Below, piece after piece: positions 47,808 through 60,355 of a DNA stretch of 64,000 bases; the first letter of the stretch is position 1; each line of letters opens with the position of its first letter. A program made the translations under genes and the position numbers. Source of the stretch: Azolla caroliniana (Eukaryota > Plantae > Polypodiophyta); NCBI GenBank assembly GCA_043228905.1, contig JBHGNT010000002.1:13020001-13084000 (forward strand), written 5' to 3'. The notes beneath the pieces are model-generated. The model ran no database searches, was not told where the DNA came from, and saw only the letters and a list, made by a program, of their open reading frames with translations.

Positions 47808-50800
47808 ATGACTAGGCCAACAGACGACCCAGTTACGGAGAGAGCATGAAGACTTGTTGAACGGCGAAGGCGGCGAGAGGCTTTCCAGCAAGCAGTGGAA
47901 GAAATCCGATCGGATCGATCATTTTCCAAAGTGATCCGGAAAGTGGCGGAGTAGTCGCTCCGTCTACAACAAAACGACTACCGGATGAAGGAAGCAGCTT
48001 AAGTAGTCTCGAGGAAGCGGAATCCCTTCCCTAGGCCTTGGCCAGAAGAGACGGCAAATCCGAAGCATTTTCAGCGCTGGAATCGGATTCGGAAGGGGGT
48101 TACAGCGCGCACACGAACTATCGCAGCAGTAACGACACCCTAGGAGGATCGGAGGACGAGGAGTCGGATACATTACCGACACCGGAACCAGAGTTGTCAG
48201 ACCGGGAACCCCCGACACTAGACGTGGAGAAACCTCTGGAGACGAAAGAAGACAAAGAAAGACCTCCGACACCAGAAGTGGAGCCGGAAACACCAAAGGA
48301 AGACCAGCAAAGACCTCCGACGCCGACGGAACAGCAGGAAAGACCACCGACACCGCCAGCCCGCATACCAACACCGGACGACGACATGTCGTTCCAGTAC
48401 TCCAAGTATAGGGATGACCCGGACGTGGAGGCTCATGTTCACGCATTTCAACAAACATGGGAGGCGAACCATGTGTCACAACGATTAACCGCAGCCGAAG
48501 AGGAACGATCTAAGATAGCTGAATTTGGCGTGACATTGGAAGGATCGGCCGCTAGATGGCACCGGACGCAGGACCCCAGCACCATCACCACCTTTGCGGA
48601 CCTGAAAAATAAATTCTTGCACTTCTTTCAGAAGGAGGTGGACCAGAGAGAAATGGTGGGCCTATTTTATACCATCCGGCAGGACCCTGGGGAGAGCATT
48701 CCGCAGTTTGTCATCCGGTTTCAACGGATGCATAGTCAGCTTACCCGAACACCTCCGAAGGAAGAAACACGGGCTATATTCTTAGCCGCGCTCCAGGAAC
48801 CTCTACGAATGGTATGCACGGTCATCGACTTTTGCACAAGCACTGTCGACCAAGTCATCAACCGGGTTAGAGAAATGGAGAAAACGAGATCTTGGCTAAC
48901 AATGGGAGCCCTCCAACGAGCATTACCAACCGATGAGGATCTCCGGTTCCGGCAAGCAATCCAATGCACGACCTGCTTGAATTCCGGACACTCGGCACTG
49001 GAGTGCACCATGCAGACGCACTGCTTACTCTACCAATCTACGAGCCACACGATGGACCGGTGCGAATATAACTTATTGAATCGGCAAGCACCACCAGTCC
49101 AGCAAATCGAGCCACGTAGTAGCCGTGACGAAGAAGACGAATGCTGGCGGCAAGAGGAGCGATATCGACCGGCACAGGATGTCCGGTACGGCGATCGGCA
49201 AGACAACTATGATCAGTACGAGAGATATGACAGATATCGTGATTACAATGGACAGTACGAGCATTACAATCGGGATCACCAACGACGGGAAGATTACGGG
49301 AGATGTGACGACCAACCCCGTCAAGGGTACCGCAACAAAAAGAACTTTAATAAAAAATGGCATTTCAAAAAAGGGAGCCACCCACGTGAACCGGAAAAAG
49401 GCGCCTCAAGCAGCCAACCGGACCAAAGCCCCGCCGTTACCACATGTCCTCCACCGGGTACAGGAAACAATGTCGAATCCAGCAATACCCGGAAAGCATC
49501 TTGCTATTATTTCCGGCAAGAAGGACATTATAGTAATCAATGTCCTGCAAAGAGCTATGACAAGCGACCGGCAGTAAACATGGTAGTCGCTGAAGTCGCA
49601 GACCTACAATAGGTTACCACAAGGTCGAAGGGCAAGACGACGGAATGGGAGACACAAGAGGTCATCAGGAAGCAGGCAACGGAATGGTTGAAAAAGGCAA
49701 ATGAGCGAAACGTAGTAAAACTTGCGCAACAAAAGGAGAACACCGAAGAGCTCGCCGGCGGTAGTCAGAGTGAAAATGCGACATGGCAGGCATTGCAGGA
49801 CTGCCAAATCACGCTGCCGTTAGGACGGCTCCTGCAACTAGTGCCCAGATTCACAAAAGGACTCAAGACAGGCATGACGGCAGGAGAAACACCACCGACA
49901 CCAACATTCTTCTCAAATCCGGAGAAGGGACCGACGGTGGTAGACACAAACAGTCTAGTGATCACAACCATCGTGAAGGGAAAGGAGTTACCCTGAACAG
50001 TAATAGATGGAGGATCCGGCGTCAATGTGATTAGCCTCCGAACATGCGCAACCTTGGGAATCCAAGAGTGGGAACCATGCCCGTTCTGGCTACGGATGGC
50101 GGATACAAGCTCAGTGCAACCGACTGGCTTGATACGAGATTTGGAAGTAACAATCAGCGGCCCCACATATCGCATCTCAGCAGTAGTGCTACAATTACAG
50201 GCACAAGGAGCTTACACGCTATTGTTGGGGCGGCCGTGGCTAAAAACAACGCACATTAAACAAAACTGGAGAAAGAATATAATCACCTTCCGGCGGGGAA
50301 AAGCAGAAGTACGGGTAACGACGCAACCACAGACGGGTACCGGGAAGGAATTAACACCCTTATATGCCGAATGTGTCAATATGTTGGACGGATTAGCAGA
50401 CGAAGAGGTGGATCAATACTTGCAAGATAATCCGAAGATAGTACCCCTGTTCGAAATTGACGTAGTTGAAGCCGTATCACCATACATACTGCCACCGGAC
50501 GGAGCGGACGAAGAACCAAATAAAGAAGTGATCTGGGATCTACGACAAGCACAAGAAGCGCTGGAAAGAGAAATGGCCGTATCACAATAGGTTAAAACAT
50601 CCGAACTAGAGGAGGTAAATCTAGGAACTACGGAAGAGGCGAGATCGGTGCAGATAGCCAAGGAAATGACTACGGAGAACAGAACGGCGATGATTACACT
50701 TCTCAAAGAGTTTCGAGATGTGTTTGCCTGGTTTTACGAGGATATGAGAGGGCTCGATCCTCAGCTATATCAGCATCAGATACAATTGAGCAAAGACGCC

Positions 50801-53538
50801 AAACCGGTAGCACAGCGACGGTACCGGATGAATCCAAACTACGCCGCCAAAGTCAAGGAGGAAATCGACAAGTTGCTGAGAGTTGGCTTTATCCGTCCCG
50901 TAAAGAAATCTACATGGCTGAGCCCGATAGTAGTCGTACCAAAGAAAAATGGTAAAATTAGAGTATGTGTCGACTACCGGAAGCTTAATGCGGCGACGGT
51001 AACTGATGCATTTCCACTTCCATTTACGGATGGAGTTTTGGACGCAGTCGCCGGCCATGAGGTATATAGTTTTTTAGACGGATTCAGCGGATACAACCAG
51101 ATCCGGATGCACCCCGATGACCAGGAGAAGACGGCTTTCGTCACTGAATGGGGAGTGTTTGTTGCCGTAGTGATGATGTTCGGACTAAAAACGGCGCGGG
51201 CAACGTTCCAGAGGATCATCATGGAAATATTCGGAGAATTCATACCGGCATTCATGCAGGTGTTCCTCGACGACTTCGCCGTTTACAGCCGGGAAGGAGA
51301 CCACCTTTAGCACCTCCGACTTTGTCTAGAAAAGTGTAGGGCTTACCGGCTAAGCCTGAATCCGGCGAAGTGTGTATTCGGCGTGTCCAGTGGAACGCTA
51401 CTGGGGCACATTGTGAGCAAGGAGGGCATCGCCGTGGATCCCGACAAAGTAAACGCAATCTTGGAGGCACTGGCACCAACAACGGCAAAGACATTGAGCC
51501 GTTTCTTAGGCCAAATCCGTTGGCATAGCTGAATGCTCCGGCATTTGGCGGACCTAGCTACACCACTGCATGTTGCGGTACACCGAACACCATTCTAGTG
51601 GACCGACACCGAAGACAAGGTGTACCGGGCACTCAAAGTTCTATTGTGCAAGCGCCGGTAGTGCAACCCCCGGATTGGGCGAAGGAATTTCATGTGTTCG
51701 TGGATGCGTCCGACATTGCAATCGGGAGTGCGTTGATGCAACTTACGGAGCCAAGATGGTACCGGCCCGTATATTACGCAAGCCGGAAGTTATCCCCAGC
51801 CGAACGAAATTATTCCACCACGGAAAGGGAGGCTTTAGGCATGATCTACATCGTAACAAAATCTAGGCATTATTTATTGGGAAGAAAGTTTTCCTTCCAT
51901 GTAGATCATTCGGCACTCCTCTACCTAGTGTCCAAAGCGTCACTTACTGGTAAGTTGGCCCCGGTGGACTTTGCTATTACAGGAATTCGAATTCGAGATA
52001 TTCCACCGACCCGGCATACAGCATGCGGTAGCAGATTATTTAAGCCGGTTAGATTCCGGCAAAACCGGCGAAAGAGTACCAGACGAGTTTCCGGATGCTA
52101 AGCTATTTCGAGTCACCGCGAAAACCGTAACAGATGAAACGGTGGCACCAGAAGATAAGTGGCTAACAAATATGCACCAATTTCTGAGCACCGGATTGCC
52201 TCCGGAGGAGATGAACCGGGACGAGAGGAAACGCCTGGCGGTACAAAGCTGGCACTTCGGTTTATTACGAGACACGCTATACCACAAAGGTGCGGATGGT
52301 ATATGGCGACGAGCAGTGCGCAGCGACGAGAAAGAGGTAATACTACGGGAAGCACACTACGGAGCCGCCGGAGGCCATTATGTCGGGGATGCTACGGCAA
52401 GGAAGATATGGCAAAGTGGCCTATGGTGGCCAACTACATTGAAAGACGCAGTCCGGTACGCGAAAGAGTGTGATCTATGCCAGCGAATGGGCCAGCCAAC
52501 AGAACAAGCTAAGATGCCGCACCAACCAGTACTACCGCTAGAACCATTTCAGAAATGGGGACTGGATTTTGTCGGACCATTTAAACCACCGGCAATGAGA
52601 ACTGGCAACCGGTATGTGATCGTTGCGACGGCCTACTGCACTAAATCGGTGGAAGCCAAAGCCCTACAAGACAACACCGCGGCGTCGATGGCAAAATTCT
52701 TATACGAATACATTTGGTGCCAGTACGGATGCCCCATAGAGCTGATAAGCGACCAAGGAGGGCACTTTCTTGGACAGTTAGTGGAGAGCTTGACGTCATT
52801 CTATGCGGTAGTACATAAACGAAGCACCCCGTACTACCCACAAGCCAACGGATTAGTTGAGTCAACAAACAAAACGCTACAGAATATCCTGCCCAAGATC
52901 ATCAATGAGAATCAGACAGATTGGGACACGAAGCTACACAGTGCACTCTGGGCTTACCGGACAACCTACAAAACAAGCATCCAAACCACACCGTTCTGGT
53001 TAGCATTCGAATTAGAGGCAGTCATGCCGGTCGAGTTCCATGTACCGAGCTTACGGATCCAAATTCGGGAACGACTTAATGAAAAGGAATCAGAGGCAAT
53101 TCGGTTAAAGGCTCTGTGTGAAATAGAAGAACACAGACTGGCGAGCATCATGCACCTGGAATTGGAACAACGACGACGGAAAGCGTTTGTAGATCGGTAC
53201 CGGAAACGAAACGTAAAGATGTTCGAAGTCGGCAAGCCGGTACTAGTGTTCCAGACCCGGATGGGTAAAATGCCAGGCAAACTACGGTTTAGATGGATCG
53301 GACCGTACTGGATCACACGCGGGTTCAATGGGTCTTACCAGTTAGGGACACTTGCCAGCAAGGTGCTAGGTAAATGGGTCAACAGATTAAGACTAAAGCC
53401 ATACAGAGGACCTATGCCCAAGAACCCATTTGAACGAAGGGAAGACACCGAATCGGATGTCGGCAGGCCAACCAAGACGGCAACCTGTGAGGAAAACGGC
53501 TACCACCAAGCCGGTAAGGAGGATCACGAGCCGGCAAC
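47808..53538 (+). pseudogene. Element E gag-pol (disrupted)
   Basis: Collinear with the 1749-aa ORF of A; CGA>TGA and CAG>TAG stops. Confidence 0.92.
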
Positions 53539-53988
53539 TGTCAGGAATAGTACTAAAACAGAGATGGAATTAGTACTAAGAACAGCAGTACTATTAGTAC
53601 TGAGAGGACGGGACTGCGTAAGATTCCCGAGAGAGGAAGTGAGAAGAGGAGAGAGAGAGATAGCGAGAATGAGAGAGAGAGAGAGAGATGATGACAGCGG
53701 TTATATATTATGTGAAAAGATAAGTACAAGCGGCTAAGAGGCTTAAGACTGGCGTTGAACCAATTTGGTTCAAAACAATGCGTTGTGCCTCCTTTTATAG
53801 TGTTTTTAGGAATAATCCTGAAGCTTCTAGAATGTTCCAGAGAGATCTGGAATATACATCAATTTTCTATGATAAAGTATAAATGAAAATAATATCCTAC
53901 AAAATACAATTCATAATCTAATGGTAAGAGCTTGACCCATGTAGCATAAAGTCATGGGTTCGAGTCTTGCCATGACACTATCTCCCCC

Positions 53989-56900
53989 TTAAAGGCGACG
54001 AGTGGAACGAGTCGGCGCTAATTGCGGACCGGGTTTGTCCGGATACTTTCGGTGGAAATCAGCAAGAAGATCTTGTGCATTGGCAACATTCTCGACGGGT
54101 TCCCAAGTACGTTCGCTCGGACTATAACCGAGCCAATCGACCAAGTAATAAAGTTTGTTGCGAACAAGTTTGGAATCGAGGATGGCAGCAACTTCATACT
54201 CCGGGCCGGCGTCCAACTCCAGCGGGGGCGGCGGTGGTGTCACACGATCGGGAATGGTGTTTGCTTTATAAGGTTCAAGAAGAGAACAATGGAAAACCGG
54301 ATGTATCTGAAGCTGCTGAGGGAGATCCAGGCAGAAGGTGACATCATTAATCTTCCCCGTAATACGGAAAGGACCGAGTCGTCGATAATCCAACTTGTCG
54401 CACGGTCGAGTAGTCTTGATGTGACGACGTAAGAGCCATACTCGATCTCCGATGGCAAAAGAGGAGGGAATCCGATGACGATCCGCATAAGTCTTCTGTG
54501 TGTGTTGAGCATGACGAAGGTGAGTAGAGAGATCCATCTGGATCTTGCGTAGCCTCTCCAAATGGTCCTCGGCACGAGGGTTGGTAGGTAGCTCCGGAGT
54601 GTCGATCACCGACCAGCGAGGATGGAAACCGGTATAAGCGAGAAATGGGGAGACCCGAGTCGAGGAGTGAATAGCATTATTATACGCAAACTCCGCAAAG
54701 TGGAGAATCTCAGCCCAATCGTCCTGTTGATAACTCAGGAAACACCGGAGATATTGCTCCAACGTTTGGTTTGTTCGTTCCGCCTGTCCGTCAGTTTGAG
54801 GATGGTAGCCGGAGGAGAGGTTGCAGGAGACCTTGAGCATCCTGAAGAGATGCTGCCAAAATTTGGAGACAAATTGCGGGCCTCGGTCACTGATAATACT
54901 GTCTGGTAGGCCATGATGCCGAAATACCTCACGCATAACAAGAGCGGCGGTTTCCTCGCTAGTGATGGCTTTAGTACATGGCACAAAATGTGCCATCTTC
55001 GTATATCGATCGATGACGGTTAGGATAGCATCGAACCCCTTCGAGACCGGCAGATCTGTGATAAAATCAAGACAAATAGACTGCCATGGCTTACTTGGAA
55101 TTGGTAAAGGTTCCAACAAGCCATATGGATGGTGTCGTGGCATCTTTGCTCGGCAGCAAGCATCACAGGTCCGAACGTAGTCGTCGACAAAACGGCGCAT
55201 GTGGGGCCACCAAAAAGATCGCTGCACTAACTCCAACGTCTTGGTACTACCGAAATGTCCCGCCGTATGAGTGTCGTGACAATGTTGGACGATTTGAAGG
55301 CGACAGGAGCAATCGGGGACATATACGCGCTTTTTAAAGAATAACAAACCATCATGATATTCAAATTGTCGGTAGTCAATACCTGGTTGTTGAGACTGAG
55401 AACAGGATGCCCGAGAAGTATCAATGTGCGCCAGGATGTCTTGAGCAAAACTATCCGTCTTCAAGGTTGCACGTATGTCATCGGTAATCCGTGAATCCAT
55501 CGGGGTGTGAAAAATCCGCGTCGTGTGCAATCGTGTTGGTCCCAAGATTACTTGCTTTTGATTATCAAATGTTGCGTCACCAGGACGAGGTGCAAGATAT
55601 GAACGCCGTGATAGTGCATCTGCTTTTCCTTGCTGCTTCCCCGGTCGATATGTGATTTTGAAGTTGAAACGCGTGAGGAATTGCGCCCACCGAGCTTGTC
55701 GTCGATTTAGTACGCGAGCGTTCTGAAAATAAGCAAGATTTTTATGATCGCTAAAGACAATGACCTGATGTGGAGAGCCCTCTAAGAAATGCCGCCATTG
55801 TACAAATGAATCCACGATGGCTAATAACTCCTTGTCATGTATTTCGTAGTTGATTTCTGCGACATTGAATTTGCGCGAATGGAAAGCCACCGGATGCAAC
55901 TCTTCTTTATCGCCTTGTTGAGAAAGGATGCTACCGAGGGCGAAATCTGATGCGTCGGCCTCCATGATGAATGGTTTGCTTGTATCCACATGAGCTAGAA
56001 TCGGTGCTAATGTAAAGGCTTTCTTAAGATGCCGAAAAGCCATATCTGCTTCGATGGACCAAAGAAATGCTTGGCCCTTCTTCGTAAGTTGTGTGAGAGG
56101 TAAAATAATCTTCGAGTAATCCTGTATAAACTTACGGTAGAAGTTAGCAAAGCCTAGAAAACATTGTACATCTCGTACCGACCGTGGAATTTGCCACTCT
56201 AATACAGTTTGGATTTTAGCTGGATCCATGGCGATGCCCTTTGAGGAGATGACGTAGCCTAGAAATTCCACTTGCTTGCAGTGAAAGCTACATTTCTCTA
56301 GCTTGGCATAAAGACCATTCTCGCGGAGTCACTTTAGTACTAATAGTACATGAGAATCGTGCTCTTCCTGGGTCTTCGAATAAATCAACAAATCATCCAG
56401 ATAAATGATCAAATAGATATCCAAGAGGTCTCTGAATATATCATTTTCCATGTGTTGGAAGACTGCGGGTGCATTGGTTAGGCCAAACGGCATAACAGTA
56501 TACTCGAAATGCCCATACCGCGTGCGAAAAGCGGCCTTCCACTCATCTCCCGGTCGGATCCGCACGAGATTATACGCTCCTCGTAGGTCGATTTTAGTAA
56601 AAAACTTGGCACCATTAACTCGCTCTAAAAGACTTGATATAAGAGGAAGTGCATACCTATTCCGGATGGTGACTTTATTCAATCCGCGGTAATCAACGAC
56701 AAGACGAAGTGAGCCATCTTTCTTCTTGACAAAGAAGATGGGTGCACCAGCTGGAGATTTCGAATGACGGATGAACCCGCTTGCCAAGTTCTCCTCTATG
56801 TAGGCTCGAAGGACTTCTAACTCGGTGGGTGACAAGTTGTAAATTGGTCCCCATGGTGGCTCGGTTCCTGGTTGTAAATCGATGGGACAGTCATAGGGAC

Positions 56901-57561
56901 GGTGATGAGGAAGGGTACCGGCTTTTACCTTGTCAAATACATCGGCATAAGGATGATATTTTGCCGGAAGTTGTATTGAGGAGTCCTTCTTAATAGTGCT
57001 AGAAGGATGTACTGATATGGCAAATAGGAACATTGCCTCCTTGGGTCCTTCTTCGCGTAGTTGATGGAGTGAAATGGTCGAAACTCGGTGAGTTGATTCT
57101 TGGGGTGGTCGATATCGGACTTCTCTTGTTCTCCAATCTATGGCTGGATTATGTAATTCAAGCCAAGGTAATCCTAGGACAATGGGATGCTCTGGACTAC
57201 TAATTATATTAAATGATATTATACACACAAAACTACCTAGGACAACTTGAATGGGTTCTGATTCTTCTACAATATTCCCGGAAGCAATGGGACGACCATC
57301 AATGACCACTACAGATGCGGGACAAGGAAGTTTTCTTAAGGATATCTGAGAAGCTTGGGCAAAATTTCGATCCATGAAACAGGAATTAGCTCCGGAATCT
57401 AAAAGTGCTAGGACGGGTACTGGGGGAGTACTTTTAGTACTAACAATGACTTGGGCTAGGAACACATTGCTAACTTGCTTGGAAGGAATGGAACCACTAA
57501 TAGGCTGTACAGATCTAGGGCTGCTGTCCAACCAAATGGCTCCTATTTTGGCTGGACTCAA
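53989..57561 (-). pseudogene. F pol (protease, RT, RNase H, integrase, chromodomain) with one in-frame TGA at 56329-56331
   Basis: LLDSGA, YLDD, EADASD, LGPF, EYEVAAILD..YLVDWLGY..TWEP; the two ORFs are in the same frame. Confidence 0.92.
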
Positions 57562-57570
57562 TCGTTTAAC
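57499..57570 (-). promoter_or_regulatory. Putative -1 ribosomal frameshift signal (G UUA AAC plus pseudoknot)
   Basis: Heptamer in the short gag/pol overlap; stems GTCCAGCC/GGTTGGAC and AATAGG/CCTATT. Confidence 0.7.
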
Positions 57571-58715
57571 TCTTCATCTAATTGACTAAGGATTTCAAAT
57601 TTATTTGAGATACTTGGGCTATTAGTACTATGAATACTATCTGACACTCTATTAGTACTATTAATACTATCAGACACTCCGAAGGGAAGAATTGACTCGG
57701 GTTTAGTACAGGCGACGATTTGATTTACCTGTCTTCTTGGCCTATGGGGACAATTGATGGCGATATGTCCTGGTCCACCGCAATAAAGACATAATCGATT
57801 GGCACGTCGTCGTTGCTTTTCTTCTTCTGATAACGGGCCGCGTCGACGCATGGTATCGATCTCCATCGGTGTCGAAGTATTTGCTTGAGGTATGTCTCGT
57901 GCAAACGGTTTAGCCGCGACTGCGGCGTAAGTGGGCTCTGGCCTAGAGCGTGGTATCTGTAATTGACGTTCTGAACGCCGTTCAAAAAGGCGGTTGTCAC
58001 ATCGAACTGCTCGACTGATTGCCTCCGTAAGAGACTTTGGTTCTTCGGGGAAAGTTAGAAGTAGATCTTTGACATCGTTTCGCAAGCCATAGCGAAACTG
58101 CTCCATTAATGCTTGATCATCCCAGGGTATATCTGAAGCAAGTAGGCGGAAATCCGCCGCGTAGGCAGAGGCTGGACGATCGCCTTGACGCAATCGCCGG
58201 ATCTTGTTGATCGCCGTCCTGATGCTGTCGGTGTCTCCAAAGCAGGCTTTAAACTCACCAATAAAATCTTCAAAGTTATTAAGTAAGGGTGATTGTTTTT
58301 CTAGAAGCGGAGCAAACCATGCCAAGGCTGAGCCGCTAAGTAGCGTGCCTATTAGGCCGACTCGAGATGCATCAGTGGGATATCGGGAAGGATGCATCTG
58401 GATGACTAAGCGTACCTGATTAAGGAATCCCCGGAATTGCGAACGCGTTCCATCAAATTTCACAGGAAGTCCAATCTTGGGCTCTTTATGAAATCCTTGG
58501 GGACTGGATCCTTGTTGTTGCAACGCTGCTTCGAGTTGTTGTACCCGTAACGCTAACTCCCCATGTTGTTGTTGCGTTTGTTGTTTTTCCAGAGCGATTT
58601 GTTGCAGATCCCCTATCAGCCGTTGGTTTTCTTGTTCCAGGGCAACAAACTTTTCTTTTAGGCACTGTAGCTCGGAGAAAACGGATTGGTATTCTTGGGC
58701 GCTAACAGTAGCCAT
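57558..58715 (-). CDS. F gag (385 aa)
   Basis: EPKIGLPVKFDG, TPMEID, CLYCGGPGHIAINC. Confidence 0.92.
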   Translation of the reverse strand: MATVSAQEYQSVFSELQCLKEKFVALEQENQRLIGDLQQIALEKQQTQQQHGELALRVQQLEAALQQQGSSPQGFHKEPKIGLPVKFDGTRSQFRGFLNQVRLVIQMHPSRYPTDASRVGLIGTLLSGSALAWFAPLLEKQSPLLNNFEDFIGEFKACFGDTDSIRTAINKIRRLRQGDRPASAYAADFRLLASDIPWDDQALMEQFRYGLRNDVKDLLLTFPEEPKSLTEAISRAVRCDNRLFERRSERQLQIPRSRPEPTYAAVAAKPFARDIPQANTSTPMEIDTMRRRGPLSEEEKQRRRANRLCLYCGGPGHIAINCPHRPRRQVNQIVACTKPESILPFGVSDSINSTNRVSDSIHSTNSPSISNKFEILSQLDEELND

Positions 58716-58770
58716 AGTATAGGGAAAAGGGTAGGAGGATGAGGGAGAGTGACAAGTAGGCTAGAGGAAA

Positions 58771-58782
58771 AAATTGGTTCAA
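58771..58782 (-). promoter_or_regulatory. Non-tRNA self-priming PBS of F (TTGAACCAATTT)
   Basis: 2 nt from the LTR; perfect complement of the LTR sequence 33 nt downstream of TATA (59003-59014). Confidence 0.8.
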
Positions 58783-59156
58783 ACTGTCAGGAATAGTACT
58801 AAAACAGAGATGGAATTAGTACTAAGAACAGCAGTACTATTAGTACTGAGAGGACGGGACTGCGTAAGATTCCCGAGAGAGGAAGTGAGAAGAGGAGAGA
58901 GAGAGATAGCGAGAATGAGAGAGAGAGAGAGAGAGATGATGACAGCGGTTATATATTATGTGAAAAGATAAGTACAAGCGGCTAAGAGGCTTAAGACTGG
59001 CGTTGAACCAATTTGGTTCAAAACAATGCGTTGTGCCTCCTTTTATAGTGTTTTTAGGAATAATCCTGAAGCTTCTAGAATGTTCCAGAGAGATCTGGAA
59101 TATACATCAATTTTCTATGATAAAGTATAAATGAAAATAATATCCTACAAAATACA

Positions 59157-59225
59157 ATTCATAATCTAATGGTAAGAGCTTGACCCATGTAGCATAAAGT
59201 CATGGGTTCGAGTCTTGCCATGATA
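59157..59225 (+). other. tRNA-like A/B-box cassette in the F LTR (second copy ~53909-53977)
   Basis: TAATCTAATGGTAAGAGC ... GGGTTCGAGTC. Confidence 0.65.
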
Positions 59226-59709
59226 GCAACCAGGGAGAGCAAAACGACAGCAAACCGTCAAGAGGCCAGCAAGGTGCGCGTTTCGGGTAAGGGTCCGACA
59301 AGACCGGAGAAAAATTAACCACACAATTAATTTCAAAAAAAAAAAACGAATCAAAGAAATCATGCAAAGGAGTGATGGAAACGGCCATGCAAACGAGGAG
59401 TAAAGAGGCACTTCGAAAATGTACGAGGAGGCTATGAATAGGGCATTAAACCACCGCCACATGGCACGAAATGCTATTATAGTACACGACCTGCACATGC
59501 GTAGGCTCGAAAAAGGCGCTAAGATGCAGAGAGAAAAGGCCCCCTGCATTGAGACCTTCTTTCGCGAACCAAGGAGAACAGACGCAGACAGACGCGTGAA
59601 GATCAATCGAAGAGAGCTCGCGCACAGAGAACTCCCTCACTCAGAACTTTCTCTCTCACACTCTCTCCACCGTCAAACCTCGCCAACGCTCTTCAACCTC
59701 GACACACAG

Positions 59710-60350
59710 ATGGGCTGCCAAACATTGTTTGAAGCCGCCAAGAAATGGCTACGGCAACACGGACTGGAGGGTTTCTTGACGATCATGGAGGCGGCGCCAC
59801 ACATGGAGGCCGAAAAGATTATCAAAGACATTGACACCGAGCTTATCACGGAGGAAGCGATCCGTGCGTTAACAGGCCTTCCGGAGGGGGGCATCTACAC
59901 GATCGACAATCCTACCTCCGAGCAGCTCATCAAATATTTCGGTGAGTATTCTCTCCCCAGCAAGGGCTACAAGACACAGGGCGGCGAAGATATGTTATTC
60001 CACGAAATTGCCCATGTTCTCCATGAGTTCGGCCACGTATACCCTCGACCCCCCGTTATGCCTCAGAACCGAGCAGGCTTGATTATCGCAACATACGAAG
60101 GGGTCAAGGTGGATTGGCCGGTGCTGATCGTTAACAGATTGTGCGCGGCTATTGATACCATAAGAGGTAAGGAAGGCAAAGAAGGCCGGAAAATATGGCA
60201 TGCGGTGACGCAATGGCTCACCCTATTGGCGCCACCTGTCGAGCCCGTCCAGACCAAGAAACGGGGAAGAGCAACGGACGGCACCCCGAAACCTCCTTCA
60301 AAACAGCAACAGTTGTTGGCCTCCAAGGCCACTAAGGGGAAGACGGCCGA
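59710..60350 (+). pseudogene. Element E extra 3' ORF, N-terminal domain only
   Basis: WLRQHGLEGFL..YFGEY..YEGVKVDWP..KKRGR. Confidence 0.85.
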
Positions 60351-60355
60351 TTTAT

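Larger units (their letters stand above)
53539..59225 (-). mobile_element. Young full-length chromovirus F (Tcn1/Tf1-sushi-like)
   Basis: LTRs 53539-53977 and 58785-59225 nearly identical; TSD GCAAC; PPT AAGGGGGAG near 53982-53990; chromodomain. Confidence 0.95.
47317..60350 (+). mobile_element. Gypsy element E (5' LTR 47317-47752, PBS 47760), 3'-truncated and interrupted by F
   Basis: LTR TGTTA...TAACA; close relative of A. Confidence 0.9.

Noticed and set aside
53539-53737. Novel C-terminal extension of the E integrase (also the tails of ORFs 45944-47365 and 22850-23044)
   Set aside because: Read-through into an inserted LTR
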